From Flavobacteriia bacterium (GTDB lineage: Bacteria > Bacteroidota > Bacteroidia > Flavobacteriales > Schleiferiaceae), in the NCBI GenBank assembly GCA_009921445.1, contig RFXV01000001.1, positions 1 through 38,796 on the forward strand: a stretch of 38,796 bases of DNA, given 5' to 3'. How positions within the stretch are numbered: position 1 is the first letter of the stretch; every line of letters begins with the position of its first letter. Under the pieces are notes generated by a model that saw only the letters and a list, made by a program, of their open reading frames with translations, did not search any database and was not told where the DNA came from. Shown piece after piece: positions 18,616 to 27,621 of this stretch. The position numbers were made by a program, and so were the translations under genes.

Positions 18616-19961
18616 TGGACTCGATCGACCTGCTGGTACTCGGAGGAGGAGAAAGTGGAACAGGAGCCGCTCTTCTGGCGCATGCGCTGGGGTGGAAAGT
18701 AGCGGTGAGTGATGGAGGAAGCATACAGCAGCTGCATAAGAAAGAGCTGCAGGACAGAGGGATCGCCTACGAAGAGAACGGACACAACTGGACCAAAAAC
18801 TACAGCGGACTAACGGTAAAAAGCCCGGGGATCCCCTCTGCTTCTTCTGTTGTGACCGAACTGAAAGAAGCGGGAGCCGAGCTCATCAGCGAGATCGAAT
18901 GGGCCAGCCGCCATACCCGGGGAGATATCGTCGCCATTACAGGAAGTAATGGAAAGACGACCACCACAAGCATGACGCACGCCATCTTTCGCTGCGCAGG
19001 AATGGATGTCTGCATGGCCGGAAACATCGGCAACAGCATGGCGCGTGAACTCGCAGAAACAGACAGTGCGCATTGGGTCCTTGAGGTCAGCAGCTTTCAG
19101 CTGGACGATATCTGCTCCTTCCGGCCCCGTGTGGCCGCGATACTCAATATCACCGCCGATCACCTCGACCGCTACGGCCACTCCCTGCAGGCCTATGCAG
19201 ATGCCAAGATGCGCATCGCCATGAATCAGGAGGACGATGACCTTCTGATCCTGCCGGACTTCGACCCGGTGGTCAACGAAGCATTGAAACGAACGCCTCT
19301 GCGCTCCCACATTGTCCGCTTCTCGGACGATCCCCTCCAAGGTCCTGCATCCGAAGGTGCCGGACTGAACGAGGACCAACACATAAGAATTCAACTCCAA
19401 AACCGTGAACCCATGGAACTATTCGATCTGTCCCTTCCCGGAAGGCACAATATGTACAACTCAATGGCTTCAGCCATTGCCGCACGATACCTCGAGGTGC
19501 GGGAAGAATCGATCCGAAATGCCCTCTCAAATTTTGAGCGCCTGCCCCATCGCCTGGAAAGCATTTTGAGCATCAACGGTGTAGAGTACATCAACGACTC
19601 AAAAGCCACCAATGTGAACAGCACGCAATTCGCATTGGAGAGCATGAGCCGTCAGACCATTTGGATCGCGGGCGGTGTGGACAAGGGCAACGACTACCAG
19701 GAACTTGTTCCGATCGCCAAAGAAAAGGTGAAGGCACTGGTCTGTCTGGGTAAAGACAATGACCGGCTCATTGCAAGCTTCAAGGATTCGATCGATCTGA
19801 TCGCTGAGACCGATTCCATGCAAGCCGCTGTACATACTGCATTCAGTATTGCCAAGAAAGGTGAGGCCGTTCTGCTTTCCCCCGCTTGTGCGAGCTTCGA
19901 CCTGTTCGAAAGCTTCGAGGACCGGGGCCAACAATTCGTCAACTTCGTTCGTCAACTGTGA
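18615..19961 (+). CDS. murD: UDP-N-acetylmuramoylalanine--D-glutamate ligase
   Basis: GSNGKTTTT P-loop and Mur-ligase middle/C domains. TGATG junction with mraY. Confidence 0.95.
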   Translation: MDSIDLLVLGGGESGTGAALLAHALGWKVAVSDGGSIQQLHKKELQDRGIAYEENGHNWTKNYSGLTVKSPGIPSASSVVTELKEAGAELISEIEWASRHTRGDIVAITGSNGKTTTTSMTHAIFRCAGMDVCMAGNIGNSMARELAETDSAHWVLEVSSFQLDDICSFRPRVAAILNITADHLDRYGHSLQAYADAKMRIAMNQEDDDLLILPDFDPVVNEALKRTPLRSHIVRFSDDPLQGPASEGAGLNEDQHIRIQLQNREPMELFDLSLPGRHNMYNSMASAIAARYLEVREESIRNALSNFERLPHRLESILSINGVEYINDSKATNVNSTQFALESMSRQTIWIAGGVDKGNDYQELVPIAKEKVKALVCLGKDNDRLIASFKDSIDLIAETDSMQAAVHTAFSIAKKGEAVLLSPACASFDLFESFEDRGQQFVNFVRQL

Positions 19962-21151
19962 GCAAAGGGCGACTGCGCTGGGAAGGGGATCGCTCCCTTT
20001 GGATCATCAGCCTTTCGCTGGCGGTGATCTCCTTGCTGTCGGTGTACAGCGCAAGCAGCCATATTGCCTATTTGTACGGTTCGGGAGACATTGGGAAGAT
20101 CGTCATCAAGCATCTTGGGTTCCTGGTCACGGGTTTTGGTTTGATGTACGTCGCTCATAAATTCCCCTACAAGCGCTTCGGCCCCCTCGCCCTCCTCCTT
20201 CTTCCATTGGTGGCCATATTGCTCGTTGTCACCCTGATGCAGGGCCAGACCATCAATGAAGCCAACGCAAGTCGATGGCTGCGCGTGGGGGGGATGAGTT
20301 TCCAGACTTCTGCTTTGGCCGGACTCGTTCTTTTGGTCTACGTGGCGCGTTTCCTCAGTTTGAACGAACCCGGCAGCTACACTTTCAAAACGTCCTTCAT
20401 TCAACTCTTGCTTCCCGTACTGCTGATCTGCGGGCTGATCCTCCCCGCCAACCTCAGTACAGCACTTATGCTCTTCCTTCTCGCACTTTTGCTGATGTTC
20501 GTGGGTCGATATCCGATGGGCTACATGCTTCGGCTGATCGGAACGGCTGTGGCGGGACTCGCTCTCTTCATATTGGTCGTCAAGGCCTTTCCGGGCATCA
20601 GCAACCGCGTGGATACCTGGGAAAGCCGCATCACAGGTTTTTTTGACGGCAGCGCAGAAGAAGGCTATCAGGTGCAAAAAGCGAAGATGGCCATCGCCCA
20701 AGGCGGACTCTTCGGCAAGGGACCGGGAAAGAGCAAACTCAAGCACTTCCTGCCTCAGTCGAATTCGGATTTCATCTATGCGGTGATCGTTGAGGAATAT
20801 GGCTTTGTCGGCGGTGCTGTCGTGCTTCTCCTGTATTTCATACTCTTCTTCAGGATCTTGAGGATCGCTTCCAGAGCCCCGACCCTTTTCGGGCAATTGC
20901 TGGTCACAGCTGCTGGTTCAGGGGTGATGGTACAAGCCTTCATCAATATGGGCGTGGCGGTCAATGTGCTTCCGGTCACCGGACAGACACTGCCGCTCAT
21001 CTCAGCAGGAGGCAGTTCGATCTGGATGAGCTGTCTGGCTCTTGGGATGATACTGAGCGTGAGCCGGGAAACAAAGAGCTCTGCAAAGGAAACAATGCCC
21101 GAGAATGAGGAGGAAGAAGGTGGATCGGTACACGCTCTAAGCAATGCCTGA
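19958..21151 (+). CDS. ftsW: SEDS-family peptidoglycan glycosyltransferase FtsW
   Basis: SDFIYAVIVEEYGFVGG, LPLISAGGSS, about 10 TM segments. GTG at 19958 gives a GTGA overlap with the murD stop. The track start at 19886 lies inside murD. Confidence 0.92.
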   Translation: MSKGRLRWEGDRSLWIISLSLAVISLLSVYSASSHIAYLYGSGDIGKIVIKHLGFLVTGFGLMYVAHKFPYKRFGPLALLLLPLVAILLVVTLMQGQTINEANASRWLRVGGMSFQTSALAGLVLLVYVARFLSLNEPGSYTFKTSFIQLLLPVLLICGLILPANLSTALMLFLLALLLMFVGRYPMGYMLRLIGTAVAGLALFILVVKAFPGISNRVDTWESRITGFFDGSAEEGYQVQKAKMAIAQGGLFGKGPGKSKLKHFLPQSNSDFIYAVIVEEYGFVGGAVVLLLYFILFFRILRIASRAPTLFGQLLVTAAGSGVMVQAFINMGVAVNVLPVTGQTLPLISAGGSSIWMSCLALGMILSVSRETKSSAKETMPENEEEEGGSVHALSNA

Positions 21152-22241
21152 ACCCTATCGATTCCTGATCAGTGGAGGTGGAACCGGGGGACATATCTTT
21201 CCGGCCATCTCCATTGCGGACGAACTCAGAAGAAGGCATCCTGACTGTGCGATCCACTTTGTCGGAGCCAGTGACCGCATGGAAATGCAGCGCATCCCGG
21301 ATGCGGGCTACAACATCACCGGACTTTGGATAAAAGGCATCGACCGGAAAAGGCCGCTGAGCAATTGGCGCTTCCCCTTTCAAATGGCCTCAAGCCTGAT
21401 CCGATCCCACCTGCTGATCAGGAGATACAAACCCGATGCGGTCATTGGTACGGGCGGATTTGCAAGCGGTCCATTGCTCCTGGCCGCCAAACAGCGATCC
21501 ATTCCCATCCTGATACAGGAGCAGAATTCATTTCCCGGCATCACCAATCGATGGCTTTCCTCGAAAGCACAGAGCATTTGTGTGGCTTACGAGGGTTTGG
21601 ACCGATTCTTTTCTGTGGAACGGACCATCCACACCGGCAACCCGATACGCAAAGACCTGCTCAATAGTGAAAAAACCCGTGAAGATTGCCTGAAATCTTT
21701 TGGGCTGAACGATCGGCCCACCATCCTCGTACTCGGAGGGAGCCAGGGGGCTCGAGCCATCAACCACGCACTCAGGGATGCCTATCTGCAGTGGCTGGAA
21801 GAAGGATTCAATGTCATCTGGCAGACCGGTCAGCTGTACATCGATGCACTAAAGAGGGAGATCCAACCCGCTGACGGACTCTGGATGGACGCCTTCATAG
21901 GCCGTATGCCCGAAGCGCTGAAATGCGCAGACCTGGTCATCAGCCGTGCAGGGGCCGGCACCATCTCCGAACTCGAAGTACTTGGCAAAGCCGCCGTACT
22001 GATCCCCTCCCCGAATGTGGCCGAAGATCACCAGACCCACAATGCACGAGCTCTGGTTCGCGATGCTGCGGCGCTCATGATCGCGGAAAGCGATCTGTCG
22101 TCCGCGCTCTTTACAACAGTTCTCGAGCTGATGAAGGACGAAAGGAAAAGACGGGATCTGGAAAAGAATGCGCTCGAGCGCGGCCGACCCGATGCCACCG
22201 AACAGATCGTCAATGCGATCGAAAAGATGATCGAGCGATGA
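21144..22241 (+). CDS. murG: undecaprenyldiphospho-muramoylpentapeptide beta-N-acetylglucosaminyltransferase
   Basis: ISGGGTGGHIFPAISIA N-terminal G-loop and the GAGTISE region. 8-nt overlap with ftsW. Confidence 0.95.
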   Translation: MPEPYRFLISGGGTGGHIFPAISIADELRRRHPDCAIHFVGASDRMEMQRIPDAGYNITGLWIKGIDRKRPLSNWRFPFQMASSLIRSHLLIRRYKPDAVIGTGGFASGPLLLAAKQRSIPILIQEQNSFPGITNRWLSSKAQSICVAYEGLDRFFSVERTIHTGNPIRKDLLNSEKTREDCLKSFGLNDRPTILVLGGSQGARAINHALRDAYLQWLEEGFNVIWQTGQLYIDALKREIQPADGLWMDAFIGRMPEALKCADLVISRAGAGTISELEVLGKAAVLIPSPNVAEDHQTHNARALVRDAAALMIAESDLSSALFTTVLELMKDERKRRDLEKNALERGRPDATEQIVNAIEKMIER

Positions 22242-23566
22242 GCGGGAGGATCCACTTTTTCGCAGGGATCGGCGGCATCGGCATGAGCGCCCTGGCCAGA
22301 CATCTGATCGCTCAGGGAGCGGCCGTTCACGGATACGACCGACAGCCGTCTGCACTCACAAAAGAGCTCGAAATATCCGGAGCCCGGATCTGCTACGGCA
22401 CTGCTGCGAATGAACTGCCCCAAGAGGTCCTTGATGCGGCAGATCTGTGTGTTGTCTACACGCCAGCCCTGGGCGATGACCATCCATTGCTGAGCCATTT
22501 TCGCTCACGCGGTGCAAGCCTGCTCAAACGCTCCGAATTCCTGCAGCACATCCTTAAAGATCGTCAATGCTGGGCGGTGGCAGGGACGCACGGAAAGACC
22601 ACGACATCTGCTCTATTGACCCATTTGCTTCAAAGCTGTGGCGCCCAACCGACGGCATTCCTCGGAGGCGTGATGAACGGTCTGAACAGCAATTATCTGA
22701 AAGGAAATAGCCCGGTTTGTGTGGCTGAAGCCGATGAGTTCGATCGCAGTTTCCTCCGCATGGATCCCGCCTGTGCCATCATCACCTCGATCGACTCGGA
22801 TCACCTGGACATCTATGGAGACGCTCAGGCTTATCGTTCTGCTTTCCAAACCTTCAGAGAAAAGGTGCAGGGGCCTTGTGTGGTACATTCCTCCACTGGA
22901 CTGCACGGGACCACCTATGGCCTGAGTAAGGGAGATCATCGGGCGGAGAACATACGGGTGGACAATGGCGCCTACCAGTTCGACTGGATCGGCCCTGAAT
23001 TCAGCGAGAGCCTCCGTTTCAACCAAGCGGGAAGGCACAATCTTGAAAATGCATTGGCTGCACTCGCACTTGCGGCAGAAATGGGGATGGACCCGAAACA
23101 ACTTGCCCCGGCCCTGAGTCACTTTCCAGGTGTCCGCAGGAGAATGGACCGCATCTATTCTTCCGATCGACATCTGTATTACGACGATTACGCCCATCAC
23201 CCCATGGAACTGCATGTTCTGATCGAGGCCATGAGGGAATGGCACCCGAAAAAGAAACTGACCCTGATCTTTCAGCCGCATCTCTTCAGCCGAACGCGCG
23301 ATTTTCTGGCGGAATTTGCAGAAGAACTCGGTCGGGTGGATGAACTCATTCTCCTGCCCATCTACCCGGCGCGTGAAGAACCCATCGAAGGGGTGACCAG
23401 CGAACGCATCCTCGAAGGGTGTCCGATCGAAGAAAGATCATTGGTAGAGGCAGAAGATCTGCTCGACCTGCTCCAAGACAGAAAACCAGAACTGCTGGTC
23501 ACCGCCGGTGCCGGAAGTATCGATCGCTGGGTGGAACCCATCCGAAAAATCATGGAAAAATGGTGA
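22238..23566 (+). CDS. murC: UDP-N-acetylmuramate--L-alanine ligase
   Basis: MSGRIHFFAGIGGIGMSALA, GTHGKTTT. ATGA overlap with the murG stop. The track ORF carries a spurious 315-nt 5' extension. Confidence 0.95.
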   Translation: MSGRIHFFAGIGGIGMSALARHLIAQGAAVHGYDRQPSALTKELEISGARICYGTAANELPQEVLDAADLCVVYTPALGDDHPLLSHFRSRGASLLKRSEFLQHILKDRQCWAVAGTHGKTTTSALLTHLLQSCGAQPTAFLGGVMNGLNSNYLKGNSPVCVAEADEFDRSFLRMDPACAIITSIDSDHLDIYGDAQAYRSAFQTFREKVQGPCVVHSSTGLHGTTYGLSKGDHRAENIRVDNGAYQFDWIGPEFSESLRFNQAGRHNLENALAALALAAEMGMDPKQLAPALSHFPGVRRRMDRIYSSDRHLYYDDYAHHPMELHVLIEAMREWHPKKKLTLIFQPHLFSRTRDFLAEFAEELGRVDELILLPIYPAREEPIEGVTSERILEGCPIEERSLVEAEDLLDLLQDRKPELLVTAGAGSIDRWVEPIRKIMEKW

Positions 23567-24270
23567 TCCTTCGGAAGCTCCACAAGCTGTTCAAATGGAT
23601 GGTCGCACTGTCGGTCCCCATTCTTCTTTTGTCTTCCTCGAGCGGTGAGCAACAGACTGAGGGCAGCGGCATAAAGGTAGAGCTCATGGGACCCACACCT
23701 TTCCAAAACCGAGAAAGTGTATCGCAATACGCTGATTTACTGATATCTAACTCGCCTCCAATTAACATGCGCGTGTTAGAAGAAAGCCTGTCTGCACTCA
23801 ATGGCGTGAGGAGAGCCGAAGTATTTTCAGATGGAGAAGGAGGGTTATATGCCGAGATATGGCAGGCGCAGCCTCTCGTTCGGCTCTTTGAATTGGATAC
23901 GAGCTACTACCTCGACACCGACGGGTTTCCCGTGGCTCTTTCACCGCTGTGGTCTGAAAGTGTGCCTTTGCTGCGCTGCAGGAAAGGACGAAAACCGCAT
24001 CAGGACATCCATGAACTCTTCCTCTTCATTCAGGAAGACGGGGTCCTATCCGAGGCGGTGGATGCCGTTGAGTTGGTGGAAAATGACGAGCTCATTCTGT
24101 ATGCCTCAAGGGCCTGTGCACACAGGGTCCGATTGGGTGAATGGGATGGATGGAAAGAGAGATTGGAGAAGCTCCGCACCTTTTATGCAGAGGTTGTGGA
24201 CGCCGGCAAGAGGACACTGTTCAATGAGCTTGACCTTCGGTTTGAAGGACAAGTGGTTGTAAAGAAATAG
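23560..24270 (+). CDS. ftsQ: cell division protein FtsQ (POTRA-containing)
   Basis: 236 aa from the ATG at 23560 (MVILRKLHKLFKWMVALSVPILLL TM anchor). Conserved position between murC and ftsA. 7-nt overlap with murC. Confidence 0.8.
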   Translation: MVILRKLHKLFKWMVALSVPILLLSSSSGEQQTEGSGIKVELMGPTPFQNRESVSQYADLLISNSPPINMRVLEESLSALNGVRRAEVFSDGEGGLYAEIWQAQPLVRLFELDTSYYLDTDGFPVALSPLWSESVPLLRCRKGRKPHQDIHELFLFIQEDGVLSEAVDAVELVENDELILYASRACAHRVRLGEWDGWKERLEKLRTFYAEVVDAGKRTLFNELDLRFEGQVVVKK

Positions 24271-24278
24271 ATCGCCGC

Positions 24279-25573
24279 ATGAGCGAAGAAAAATTAGCAG
24301 TAGGCCTGGACATTGGAACGACCAAGATCGTTGCCATGGTCGGGCGCAAAAATGAGCACGGTAAACTGGAGGTCATTGCCTACGGAAAGGCCCATTCACT
24401 TGGGGTTCATCGAGGTGTGGTGACCAACATTGTGCAGACCCGTGAGTCGATACAGGCCGCACTCGAGCTCGCAGAACAGCAAGCGGAGGAGCGCATCGAA
24501 AAAGTGACCGTGGGCATCGCCGGACAACACATCCGCAGCCTCCAGCACAGCGACTACATCACCCGTTCCGATCCGGACGAGGTCATTGAGGATGCAGATA
24601 TCGAATCCCTGAAAGAGAATGTCCACAAACTGGTCATGATGCCCGGAGAGGAGATCATCCATGTCCTTCCTCAGGAATACAAGATCGAGAAGCCAACTTC
24701 CACATCGTGGTCGGTCAGGTAGCCTCCATCAAAAACATCTTCCGCTGTGTGAAGGACGCTGGTCTGAAGGTGGCGGACATCACCCTGGAACCTCTTGCAA
24801 GCGCTGAAGCCGTTCTGAGCCAGGAGGAAAAAGAAGCAGGAGTGGTATTGGTGGACATCGGTGGCGGAACAACTGATGTGGCCATTTTCAAAGACGGGAT
24901 CATTCGGCATACTGCCGTTATTCCCTTTGGAGGCAATGTCATCACAGACGATATCAAAGAAGGTTGCTCCATCATCGAGAAACAAGCCGAACTGCTCAAG
25001 ATCAAATTCGGTTCTGCCTGGCCCGGAGAGAACAAGGAAAATGAGATCGTCTCCATCCCTGGGCTAAGGGGCAGGGAACCCAAAGAGATCAGTCTGAAGA
25101 ACCTTTCACGCATCATCCATGCACGGGTTGTGGAGATCATTGAACAGGTGTACAGCGAGATCAAAAGCTATGGTTTCGATGAACCCAGCAAAAAACTCAT
25201 ATGTGGGATCGTACTCACCGGAGGAGGTGCAAATCTGAAGCACATCCAGCAATTGGTGGAGTACGTGACTGGGATGGATACCCGCATCGGATATCCGAAC
25301 GAGCACCTCGCTCACAAGGACGCACACGTGGAGGAGTTGAGCAGCCCACTCTATGCAACGGCTGTCGGACTGGTCCTGAAAGGACTGCAAAACGCCTCTG
25401 CTTCGGCAGCGACGAGTCCCAGGGAGGAAGAGGTGTCAGATGAACAAGGAGAGACCCCCACTACCAAGGAACCTGACAAGGAAGAGGAAGGAAATGAACC
25501 GCTGGAACGGGGCAACTTCTTTGAAAAGTTCGTGGATCGAATGAAGGCCTTTCTAGACGACGATACGCAATGA
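24279..25573 (+). pseudogene. ftsA: ftsA, disrupted: frameshift plus loss of about 16-17 conserved codons near 24688/24689
   Basis: Two ORFs in different frames (24279..24722 and 24707..25573) are both FtsA. The first reads ...EEIIHVLPQEYKI then out-of-frame EKPTSTSWSVR*. The second frame reads EANFHIVVGQVASIKNIFRCV... from 24689. The conserved block between them (E. coli ...[28 protein letters not shown]...) is absent. Confidence 0.85.
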
Positions 25574-25595
25574 GCACAGATAAACGCATAAAGCC

Positions 25596-25691
25596 ATGTT
25601 GAGTGTTGGCATCATGGTGGGCCTGGGTATTGGCGTCGGTGTGGTGAGCTCCTACATGAATACAGAAACGAATAATGACAAACGAAAATGA
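25596..25691 (+). CDS. candidate 31-aa small membrane protein (glycine-zipper TM helix) between ftsA and ftsZ
   Basis: My own translation: MLSVGIMVGLGIGVGVVSSYMNTETNNDKRK*. ATG at 25596, TGA at 25689-25691, overlapping the ftsZ start by 17 nt. The upstream sequence (ataaacgcataaagcc) is A-rich. Too short for the ORF track, with no homology evidence available. Confidence 0.25.
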   Translation: MLSVGIMVGLGIGVGVVSSYMNTETNNDKRK

Positions 25692-27621
25692 TCCGTCTGT
25701 GAATTTCGATATGCCCAAAAACCAGTATTCCGCCATCAAAGTGATCGGTGTTGGTGGAGGCGGAAGCAATGCCGTGAACCATATGTTCGAAGAAGGCATC
25801 AAAGGAGTGGATTTCGTGGTCTGCAATACAGATGCTCAGGCACTCGATGCCAGTCCCATTCAGAACAAGATACAGTTGGGCCTTTCTCTTACAGAAGGAC
25901 TCGGTGCCGGAGCCAACCCCGAAGTTGGCGCCCGATCTGCGGAAGAGAGCCTTGAAGAGATACAGAAGCTGCTGGAAACCAACACCAAGATGGTTTTCGT
26001 TACGGCTGGGATGGGTGGGGGAACAGGAACAGGTGCTGCCCCGATCATCGCCCGCGCGGCCAAGGAGCTCGGGATACTGACGGTAGGCATTGTCACTTCT
26101 CCATTCAAATTTGAAGGCAGCCAGAGAAAAAAGCAGGCGGAAAAAGGCATCGAAGATCTTCGTGCCTGTGTGGACTCCCTGATCGTCATCAACAACAACA
26201 AACTCAGAGAAGTCTACGGAAACCTCGGATTCAAGGCGGGCTTCAGCAAGGCAGATGAAGTATTGGCAACGGCTGCACGCGGCATTGCCGAGGTCATCAC
26301 CCATCACTTCACCACCAATATCGACCTGAAGGACGTCAAGACCGTCCTGGCCGACAGTGGTTCGGCCATCATGGGTTCTGGTCGTGCTCAAGGAGACAAC
26401 AAAGCGATCGAAGCTATAAAGGATGCGCTCAATTCACCGCTCCTCGACGACAACAACATACGCGGAGCACAGAACGTATTGCTGCTGATCATATCCGGAG
26501 AAGAGGAGATCACCCTGGATGAGATCTCGGATGTAAGTGAATTTGTCCAAAGAGAATCTGGAGGCCAGGCGAACATCATCCTGGGTATCGGTGAGGACGT
26601 GGGTATCGGACCTTCCATTGCTGTGACCATCATCGCCACGGGATTCCTTTCAGACCGCACACCCGCCATCCTGGACAAACCCGAGGTCAAAGTGGTCCAT
26701 GTGCTGGATGAGGATCAGCCTGTGACCCAGGATCTGAGCGACTCCTCGCCTGTGGACGAATACACCATCGCTCCCGTCAGTGAACCGATCGAGTCCAATG
26801 CGGTCCCCGTGGAGGAGCCGTTCTTCTCAGAAGCCCCGGATATGATCGGATCAGAAACTCCAGAAGCACCCGAACAACAGCCCACTCTCTTTCATCTTGA
26901 GGCAGAAGAAGAGCCCCAACCGGAACAACCCAGTTCTTTGATGTTCACCGCCCCGGAAACAGATGTTCCTGCCCCGGAGGAAACCGCAGCACAATCACAT
27001 TCGGACCTGCAAGAAGATCCAGAGCCCATAGAGCCCCTGGCTGCTCCTTCGGATACGAGCGAAGAGCATTTCACCTTCATTGTGGAAGATGAAACCAAGG
27101 AGGAATCACTTTTAGAGGAGGAAGAGGCAAACGAAACGGCCGCCAGTGCGACCGAACAACCTCTCTCTGAGGTAGAATCCCCTGTTGAAAGAAAGGTCGT
27201 TGTGCTCGACGATCTTCTGGACTTTGAAAAAACACTTGAAGAGGCCGGATCTCCAGTTATGCAGGCAGAGGAGGAAACTTCCGAGCCCGAACTCCAAATA
27301 CAACATCGTATCAAAACGGAGGAGGAGATGCAAAGTGCGCTAACGGAAACAGCGGCCCCTATCGACCCTTTTGAAAGCCCAATTTCCGAAAGTGCCCAGC
27401 GCATTGCCGCCGAAAGGAGGACGCGTTTGGAGGGATTCAACTACCGCTTCAAGAACAACGGCAACGCAAAGGAAGCAGAGCGCATTCCCGCTTATAAAAG
27501 GCAGGGACTGGACATCGACACCTCGGTTCGCCCCTCTCAACAGGACGAGACGAGCGGAATGTCCATCGACGAGGAGGGGCTGAAGAGCAACAACAGATTC
27601 CTTCACGACAATGTCGACTGA
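25675..27621 (+). CDS. ftsZ: cell division GTPase FtsZ with ~260-aa acidic disordered linker
   Basis: GVGGGGSNAVNHM, tubulin signature GGGTGTGAAP, and a Bacteroidetes-type C-terminal end IPAYKRQ...NRFLHDNVD. Confidence 0.95.
   Translation: MTNENDPSVNFDMPKNQYSAIKVIGVGGGGSNAVNHMFEEGIKGVDFVVCNTDAQALDASPIQNKIQLGLSLTEGLGAGANPEVGARSAEESLEEIQKLLETNTKMVFVTAGMGGGTGTGAAPIIARAAKELGILTVGIVTSPFKFEGSQRKKQAEKGIEDLRACVDSLIVINNNKLREVYGNLGFKAGFSKADEVLATAARGIAEVITHHFTTNIDLKDVKTVLADSGSAIMGSGRAQGDNKAIEAIKDALNSPLLDDNNIRGAQNVLLLIISGEEEITLDEISDVSEFVQRESGGQANIILGIGEDVGIGPSIAVTIIATGFLSDRTPAILDKPEVKVVHVLDEDQPVTQDLSDSSPVDEYTIAPVSEPIESNAVPVEEPFFSEAPDMIGSETPEAPEQQPTLFHLEAEEEPQPEQPSSLMFTAPETDVPAPEETAAQSHSDLQEDPEPIEPLAAPSDTSEEHFTFIVEDETKEESLLEEEEANETAASATEQPLSEVESPVERKVVVLDDLLDFEKTLEEAGSPVMQAEEETSEPELQIQHRIKTEEEMQSALTETAAPIDPFESPISESAQRIAAERRTRLEGFNYRFKNNGNAKEAERIPAYKRQGLDIDTSVRPSQQDETSGMSIDEEGLKSNNRFLHDNVD

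Noticed and set aside
19952-20896. 314-aa ORF antisense to ftsW. The same class includes 35288..36112 and 34127..34858 (antisense to secA), 25612..26391 (antisense to ftsZ), 17317..18003 (antisense to mraY), 22613..23281 (antisense to murC), and 7132..7776 and 7347..7811 (antisense to the kinase).
   Set aside because: Each lies entirely opposite a gene with unmistakable family motifs. Their translations are low-complexity, Arg/Gly/His-rich and carry no recognisable motif. Long stop-free antisense frames are expected in moderately GC-rich coding DNA.
21923-22237. Long N-terminal extensions in track ORFs that look like gene fusions or overlaps: murC from 21923, murE from 15875, ftsW from 19886, ftsQ from 23419, rsmH from 12588, gldC from 10242.
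   Set aside because: The extensions are Arg/Gly-rich read-through of the upstream gene's alternate frame. In each case a start codon at the stop of the preceding gene gives a protein whose N-terminus matches the family consensus.
24660-24725. Programmed ribosomal frameshift, or a simple 1-nt sequencing indel, as the explanation for split ftsA.
   Set aside because: There is no slippery heptamer or stimulatory structure at the junction. A conserved ~16-17-residue block of FtsA is absent in every frame, so a single-base slip cannot restore a normal protein. A deletion or assembly artefact is the simpler reading.
26692-27474. A possible tandem DNA repeat or low-complexity array within ftsZ.
   Set aside because: The bias is at the amino-acid composition level (E/D/P-rich linker). 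I found no exact nucleotide repeat units.
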